Assembly: GCA_002811645.1 (NCBI GenBank)
Contig: PDIP01000108.1
Span: 31,746-95,745 of the forward strand
Length of the DNA: 64,000 nucleotides
Source of the DNA: Corallochytrium limacisporum Hawaii
Lineage: Eukaryota > Protista > Pluriformea
Reading direction: 5' to 3'
A program made the translations under genes and the position numbers. Each line of letters starts with the position of its first letter. The stretch's first letter is position 1. Positions 58,098 through 64,000 of the stretch are shown in pieces. The notes below the pieces were generated by a model. It did not search any database. It had not been told where the DNA came from and was given only the letters and a program-made list of their open reading frames with translations.

Positions 58098-59079
58098 AGA
58101 GAGAGGGGGGAGGGGCGGGTTGAGAAGCCGTAGGCACCCCCAAAGAAAACAAACACACACACCCAAACAGCGAGAATGTTCGAAGCGGGCCCCCCCCCGG
58201 GGGGGGGGGGGGGCAGGCTGTGTGTTTGTTGTGATGCGCGCCCAAAAGATAACCGCCTCTGCGGTGGTTGTTGGTTACCCCGTGCCCGCGGTGGTGGATT
58301 TCTGGGGAGGGAGCGGTGGTTGTGTTGTGGCCTTTTCCCTTTTTTAATTTTTTTCGTTGGGCGAAAAAGCGGAGGCCGGTTTTCTTCTTATTTTTGGGAG
58401 GGGAGGGGGTGCTCCCCCTTTTTGCGCTAGGAAAAAAATGGAGCCCAGTTCAGCCCCCCTTTTTTCCATTTTTTTTTCTCTCCTTCGCGGCCTCTCTTCC
58501 TTCCCCACTGGTCGCCTGCTCCATTTTCCTTTCCGTCCAACCACCTCCCGCCCCGCGCCTAAGGAAAAAAGGGGAGGTGGGGGACGGGTGACGGGATTGG
58601 GACGCCGAGGGGATCGGCCGTTTCCCTTTTTACTTTTCTTGGCGGCTCAAAAGGCCAGTGCTCGGTGGCATTTTTCCTTTGGGCCTTTGGGGTGAGCAGT
58701 GGTGACGGTGTCGCGGGGGCCTGTGTGAAGGTTGGTTGCTCTCGATCTCCGAGTTCGCTGTGTGACTTGCTCCGTGGATAATTTTGACGTAACAGTGGTG
58801 CGGTTTCGACAGGTGCGAGCCCTGAGTTGTTTGCCCTCGCTTGTCTCGGGTATTTGCTCCTCTCTGAGAGACTGTGAGGTTCATAAGACACTTGTCACTG
58901 ATCCCAACTGGTACTTGGGAAATGTCGGGTCAGTCTCAATGGACCTTAACCAAAGTCAGTAAGCTAAAGCGTAGAGACTTTCACATATGGGGTGAATAGA
59001 GAGTTGGAACAGTATGTAGGCATCCAGCACATCACAAAAGACAACTCACTAAAGCTACAGACCCACCCACTACAAGACC

Positions 59080-60144
59080 ATGGGAAATTCGGTGCGGAAA
59101 CAGGAGCTTAAGGAAGCTCGCAGTGAAAAGAACATCCGCTTTACCGAGAGAGAGCTGAAGGAGCTGCAAAAGCATTTCCATGCTGCAGCTGGACCGGGCA
59201 ACAGATTGAGCCGCAAAGATTTCTTCAGTATCATGCGCACAGTTGTGAGTCATGGCTGGAGTGAGGATAACCTCTTCCTCAGCCGACTCTTTGCTGCATT
59301 TGATGAAGACAATGACGGCACCATTGACTTTATGGAATTCATCAAAGGGTTCAATGTGTTTTTGAAGGGATCATTCGACGAAAAGCTTGAGCTGACTTTC
59401 AAACTTATCGATGTGAACCGCAATGACCACCTCGACCGGGACGAATTCTTCAAGATCCTACAGGACATGTACCAGACTCTCAGCATCATTGGCCATGATG
59501 AAAAGACTTGGGCAACCATTACGGGCTCTAGCATGTCACCGGGTACCCAGAGTATGCAAAATGCAGACATCAGTCCTGAGGACAGGGACGAAATGCTCCA
59601 TGATTTGATCGAGCGCATCTTCCAGGACCTGGACATTAACAATGACAACCAGATAAGTATCGCAGAGTTCCGATTACTGGCAATTAAGGAGCCAATGCTA
59701 CTCGATTTTATTAGTAATGCTGTGCCGGAAGACTCCTTCCCGTCACCGTCTCCAGGTTCTCCACAGTCTCTCCGCGGCACCGGTGCTAGTATGGGACATG
59801 CTTTGCACTCCGAAACCCTTAATCCCCAAAATCCATACGCCGTCTCCGGGAAACTATCGGACCCTTCTTCGGGGGAAATCGGTGGACATCACTCAGAGAA
59901 TTCGACATCGGCTCGCACTTCGATGGCACGACGGTCGAGCGTAGGCAATGAGGGACAGCCGCTGCTACGTGCCATTTCTGGTCCCGCCGGTGACGGCAAG
60001 TGCTACCGTACAGTGCCTCTATCCGGCTCTGCTGTGGCCGCAGCAGCGGCCCAGCCTGGCGGGAATCGAAAGCCGGCAGATATCCGCAGTCCTTCGCGAA
60101 CTACGCCAGAACAGGATGTCAGTCCACGTAAGCTTTCTTCATAA
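59080..60144 (+). CDS. Myristoylated EF-hand calcium sensor (NCS / calcineurin B / calaxin-like) with disordered tail
   Basis: MGNS start; EF loops DEDNDGTIDFME, DVNRNDHLDRDE, DINNDNQISIAE; degenerate EF1. Confidence 0.88.
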   Translation: MGNSVRKQELKEARSEKNIRFTERELKELQKHFHAAAGPGNRLSRKDFFSIMRTVVSHGWSEDNLFLSRLFAAFDEDNDGTIDFMEFIKGFNVFLKGSFDEKLELTFKLIDVNRNDHLDRDEFFKILQDMYQTLSIIGHDEKTWATITGSSMSPGTQSMQNADISPEDRDEMLHDLIERIFQDLDINNDNQISIAEFRLLAIKEPMLLDFISNAVPEDSFPSPSPGSPQSLRGTGASMGHALHSETLNPQNPYAVSGKLSDPSSGEIGGHHSENSTSARTSMARRSSVGNEGQPLLRAISGPAGDGKCYRTVPLSGSAVAAAAAQPGGNRKPADIRSPSRTTPEQDVSPRKLSS

Positions 60145-60302
60145 GACGAAGGCCCTCTCTGGTTCTTGTCGATAGTCCCATCGAGTGATGATTCAGACAT
60201 GAGTTGGACCATGAATAAAACATACTTTTAATGTACAAATACATTCACATGCTTGATATGCTTGAGGAAAGAACATCCCTGAGACCAAAGCTCCGTCGCA
60301 TT

Positions 60303-63300
60303 CTACAGACTTAAGCGGCGTAACGGAGGGCGATTAGCATGGTCTGCACTGCGAGACCGCTGGAACTTGGTTGCGGCAGAGTTGAGTGCGGCTTCCAGCC
60401 TACGCGTGTCCACTGTTGCAGACGCGCGTGTGTGCCGTGTTACTCTATTGGAGCTGTCGTGAGTCGTCACCTGGGCTTTCTTGGACGGATCTGTGGAACG
60501 CTGTTTGCTCTGTGTCTTGCGGCGCTGTTTACGTCGGCGTTCCATCATGGCGCTGCGCTGAGCCAGAGTCATTTCCTCGCCTTCCACAACCTTCTCGTGA
60601 ATGGCGTGACGTCCACCAGGTTTGGAATGGTAGACATTTCGTGGGTACGGTTTGCGGCGGGCTTTATTGCTCGCACGCACGTAGTCTTCGTAAACAGCGT
60701 AGGGACTGCCCTTAGCGTACTGACGGCGTTCTTTGCCACCACTGCTGGTACCAACCCCGCCTCCTGCACCGCTGCCGGCACCGGGTGCCGCGTCCGGATC
60801 GGTCAGCTTTGGACCAGTCTGCGCAAGGTTCACGGCGGCGCCATAAATGACTTGTGATCCACTGCCAATGTCGGCAAAGCAGTCAGACTCCTCCCATTGG
60901 AATGCCTTCAAGTATTCCGAAGGATCACCGCCGACAACCTTCTGCAGTTCAACATCCAAGCGGCGTGAGTCCATTTCCGCTCGCAAATCCTCCTCAAGAG
61001 CTCCAAAATCGAAGGAGGTCGCCGTGAATCGCACCGGCGAAGGAGTCATAGATCGAGAACTGTTTCCATACGCAATGCTGTGTCCCTTGATCATTCGCGG
61101 AGATACGTCGACATCGTGGTAGTCATCCCCCGATTCATGCATGATGCCGGCAACTGTGGCACTGTCGTGAAGATGGTGTTTGCGAATGCGATCATTGGAC
61201 AGTTTATGCGTCAAGTCATCACTAAAGCGAACCGGTGATGGAGGTGAGGGTGATCTACCATTGTGGTCACTGACGGCGAGAGAGACCTTCAGATTACCGC
61301 CGTGACGTGGCGTCTTCGTTGGTGAACGCGGGGTGATTGCTACCGTGCCGCTGCCTTCCGGACCGGCCTCGCGCCTTGCAAGGACACTCGCAGTGGTGCG
61401 TGCTGAGTCGAGGGGAGAGATAGTCGTGTCCACCGCAGTCCAGCTCCGATGTGTCGTAGTGGCGCTCTCATTACCACTCTGCTGACCACCGCCGACACCG
61501 CGCGCAAAGCGCCTGCCGAAAGATCCAAAGATATTACGCCGTCCGCCACTTGAGGGACCCTCCGGCGAAACAGGCACCGGTAGTTTGGGCACTGGAGGTA
61601 CACTCGTCCTAATATTGCCGGATTCTAAGTCTGAGTCCTCCGTATCGTTCCCCGGCAACTCACTTGTCACATTCCCACCAAGGTCAAGTGGATCCTGGGC
61701 GGTGCCAAAGGAAACATACTTCTCATATACTTCCTCACTGCGATCTAAGGGCTTCTGGGGTATCAAATTTAAAGTCCGGCGTTGATTTGCTCTCATACTC
61801 ATATTGTTCAAGCGTCCACGCCAAGGTCCTCGCATGACTTGACCTGGATCCATCTGTAGCATCAGCGATGTGTACTGATCGATGCCATGGGTGGATGAGG
61901 ATTGCTCCGAACCATGAATATGCACGCGAGGAGGGGAGCCATCCGGTTGAGGTTGGCTCTCACTCCGCTCAAGACTGAGATCTGTGAGAATATGTGCCGC
62001 GGAACCCTCGGCTAAATTTTGTAGCCTTCGACGGATTTCATCATCCTCAAACTTCAACGCACCTTGGCGTTCGCGTCGCTGCGCCTCATTTTGGCTGAAG
62101 AAAGGATCGGAAGCAGCATCCACAGTCGATGGCACAGTCTGCTGTCGCCGTACGGCACCGCTGGCGGCTCTGCCCCTTTTGCGGTCCAGCATCTCGCGAC
62201 CCATGAAATCACCACCTGCCAGGGATCCTCGCCGTGGCAACCCGGAATCAGATCTCTCACGAACTGTCGAAACGGTCAGAGAGAGTCCACTACCTACTTC
62301 TTCGGAACCTCCGTTGATTTGCCTCTTTTCTTTCCTCGGGGTCACTGAATCAGAGTGCTGCAGCGCCTTCCGACCAGTAGTTACGTGACCAGAGGATGGA
62401 GAGTTCCAAAAGTCATCCCGGAGGCTCGTCAAAATGGACGGCATATAGAAGTACTCAATGTTGCGATGGTGAGTCTTTACATGCTGCCGAAGATGTTTCA
62501 TCCACAATGTCGGCTCCAAAGAGTCAGTTGGTCGCCACTGGACCTGCCTCGGCAAGGGTGCCGTTAGCCAGTTGAGATAGCTCCGAGTGGCCTTCCGCCA
62601 TCCATTCATTCTTGATTTGGTGCTCAAGCTAGACGGGGGTGCTGAACCCTGGTAGTGCAGAAAATAGTCAGATTCCATTGCCCAGATGTTCGGACGCTTC
62701 GGGTTGGGCACGAAAACACCCAAGAAAACATTCATGGCAATTTGTTTCTCAGCATCATTGAAAGAGTTGTTGTAGTACCTCTGTAAGTTCGTGAACAAAT
62801 CACGGGACTGTGCCTTCCATGCTGCCGGCATGCGATAGGTGTCGATCGTATTGACCAACTGAGAACCACCATACTGTAGGGCAATGGTGTCACCCTTCTC
62901 CTCGTACATCTCTTCCAAGAGCTGCACACTTTCTGTGTCAAAGTCGAGATCTTGGTCTTCAGCGATCAGCCCAAGCGCTCGCAGCTGCAAAACCATCGCA
63001 TGCTTTCCAATCATAAACAGACATGCATTGGTTCGGTCAAGACAGTCTATACAGTTAACCCGAGGCACTCCGCTCTGACGATGCTTGGCAAAGTTTGGCT
63101 TGCGGGAAACTCTACACACCTTGTCAAAGGAGACCTGCTTCTGATCACTTGGATCCATACCCGACATCAATGAAGTGGTCGACGACTCGCCGGTATTGTT
63201 CCTGTCTTGCTTTCGCAACTTCTGGATTTCTGTAGTCGGAGGCGCGTACTCTGGTGGATCAGATGCGCCTGAACAAAAGAAGTGGGTCTCCTTCAAGACT

Positions 63301-64000
63301 TGTTGTGCAATTTCGGAGAGTCTGTCTAGGACAGACTCTGACTCAACCTTTGCACACCGAGCAATGTCAAATGCATTGTACTGCAGTTGACGGTCATTGG
63401 GCAGGAATTTCTTGACGTATTTAACAAGTTCTCCAAATTGCTTATGGAGAATACTCTCTCGAGGCTTCTTCTCTTTGGCTTTGACCAAGTTCACAATAAC
63501 AATGGGAGATCCATAGTTTTTGAACATCCAGTCGAAGTGCACGCATGCGCTGTGATGGAAGGGATCTCGACGTGTCACAGTAATTGGACGCTTCGGCGTC
63601 ATGTGTGCATTGTCTTGGGCCCAAAACAGCGGAATTGACCCACGGGTGAGGACATAAGACGTGTATCTGTCACCAAAGTGGCTTAATGTAGATGCATCGT
63701 GAATGATCTGCTCAGTCTCAACAAAGTTTGCCACATGACCTGAGTCGTCAACACCACGTTTCAAAAAGCGTGGACCAGCAAAATGTCGATTTCTTCTCGC
63801 CAGGACGGTGACGTAGACAGGTTTACCCAGCACATCGAGTCTCGCTTGCGCAAGGTACCCATGAATGATTGCCACGATCCACTGTCGATCGACCTTGCTC
63901 TGAAAAGGTTCGAGGAAATACTGATTCCATATGAACTCTGTGCGACGCTGCGGGACGAACTGCGGTCCATTTGACCGCGTTGCAAAGTTGGGGTCTTTGT
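60303..64000 (-). CDS. FIG4: FIG4/SAC3 phosphoinositide phosphatase, 5' end beyond the window
   Basis: AGPRFLKRG, VANFVETEQ, RGSIPLFW, catalytic NCIDCLDRTN, GDTIALQYGGS; frame stays open upstream of 63875 (FIWNQYFL...WIVAIIHG) to the window edge. Confidence 0.92.
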   Translation of the reverse strand, partial: KDPNFATRSNGPQFVPQRRTEFIWNQYFLEPFQSKVDRQWIVAIIHGYLAQARLDVLGKPVYVTVLARRNRHFAGPRFLKRGVDDSGHVANFVETEQIIHDASTLSHFGDRYTSYVLTRGSIPLFWAQDNAHMTPKRPITVTRRDPFHHSACVHFDWMFKNYGSPIVIVNLVKAKEKKPRESILHKQFGELVKYVKKFLPNDRQLQYNAFDIARCAKVESESVLDRLSEIAQQVLKETHFFCSGASDPPEYAPPTTEIQKLRKQDRNNTGESSTTSLMSGMDPSDQKQVSFDKVCRVSRKPNFAKHRQSGVPRVNCIDCLDRTNACLFMIGKHAMVLQLRALGLIAEDQDLDFDTESVQLLEEMYEEKGDTIALQYGGSQLVNTIDTYRMPAAWKAQSRDLFTNLQRYYNNSFNDAEKQIAMNVFLGVFVPNPKRPNIWAMESDYFLHYQGSAPPSSLSTKSRMNGWRKATRSYLNWLTAPLPRQVQWRPTDSLEPTLWMKHLRQHVKTHHRNIEYFYMPSILTSLRDDFWNSPSSGHVTTGRKALQHSDSVTPRKEKRQINGGSEEVGSGLSLTVSTVRERSDSGLPRRGSLAGGDFMGREMLDRKRGRAASGAVRRQQTVPSTVDAASDPFFSQNEAQRRERQGALKFEDDEIRRRLQNLAEGSAAHILTDLSLERSESQPQPDGSPPRVHIHGSEQSSSTHGIDQYTSLMLQMDPGQVMRGPWRGRLNNMSMRANQRRTLNLIPQKPLDRSEEVYEKYVSFGTAQDPLDLGGNVTSELPGNDTEDSDLESGNIRTSVPPVPKLPVPVSPEGPSSGGRRNIFGSFGRRFARGVGGGQQSGNESATTTHRSWTAVDTTISPLDSARTTASVLARREAGPEGSGTVAITPRSPTKTPRHGGNLKVSLAVSDHNGRSPSPPSPVRFSDDLTHKLSNDRIRKHHLHDSATVAGIMHESGDDYHDVDVSPRMIKGHSIAYGNSSRSMTPSPVRFTATSFDFGALEEDLRAEMDSRRLDVELQKVVGGDPSEYLKAFQWEESDCFADIGSGSQVIYGAAVNLAQTGPKLTDPDAAPGAGSGAGGGVGTSSGGKERRQYAKGSPYAVYEDYVRASNKARRKPYPRNVYHSKPGGRHAIHEKVVEGEEMTLAQRSAMMERRRKQRRKTQSKQRSTDPSKKAQVTTHDSSNRVTRHTRASATVDTRRLEAALNSAATKFQRSRSADHANRPPLRRLSL

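Noticed and set aside
9722-58790. TGACGT CRE half-sites upstream of many genes
   Set aside because: Count is within rough chance expectation for a hexamer in about 30 kb of non-coding DNA
47441-64000. Apparent lipid/membrane gene cluster (PssA, ADCK, PAQR, FIG4)
   Set aside because: Different pathways and compartments with mixed orientation; no evidence of a functional cluster
1-64000. CRISPR array, tRNA/rRNA genes, transposase or reverse transcriptase
   Set aside because: No repeat-spacer periodicity, cloverleaf, rRNA motif or transposon protein motif found by eye

Overview
Compact, gene-dense eukaryotic nuclear DNA with three assembly gaps. It holds 22 recognisable protein-coding genes, each readable as one uninterrupted ORF in the standard code, and the 21 complete ones have an ATG with a purine at -3. 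In order: CK1-alpha-like kinase, aspartate aminotransferase, type I Baeyer-Villiger monooxygenase, RNA Pol I/III subunit AC19, ARL5, RIO1, RecQ1-like helicase, gamma-tubulin, SIRT4-like sirtuin, a 96-aa Phactr/Bni4-type PP1-binding protein, LCAT/PLA2G15-like lipase, LTO1, 6-phosphogluconate dehydrogenase, OSGIN-like flavoprotein, mitochondrial uL23, bacterial-type phosphatidylserine synthase, ABC1/ADCK kinase, RUS1, PAQR, CHCHD5/Mix14, an NCS-type EF-hand protein and FIG4 (5' end outside the window). The gene content and lack of introns suggest an intron-poor unicellular opisthokont; Corallochytrium-like is an unverified guess. No rRNA, tRNA, CRISPR array or intact transposon was recognised. 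Best leads: (i) poly(G)/poly(C) islands, often as CnGn fold-back palindromes, upstream of almost every gene but absent from all seven convergent spacers; (ii) the minimal PP1-regulator gene behind a 7.4-kb ORF-free region with a possible in-frame 950-nt intron; (iii) a double E2F-type palindrome in the RecQ/gamma-tubulin divergent promoter; (iv) two bacterial-looking enzymes. No clearly new multi-gene system could be demonstrated. All family assignments rest on motifs recalled from memory, not on database searches.
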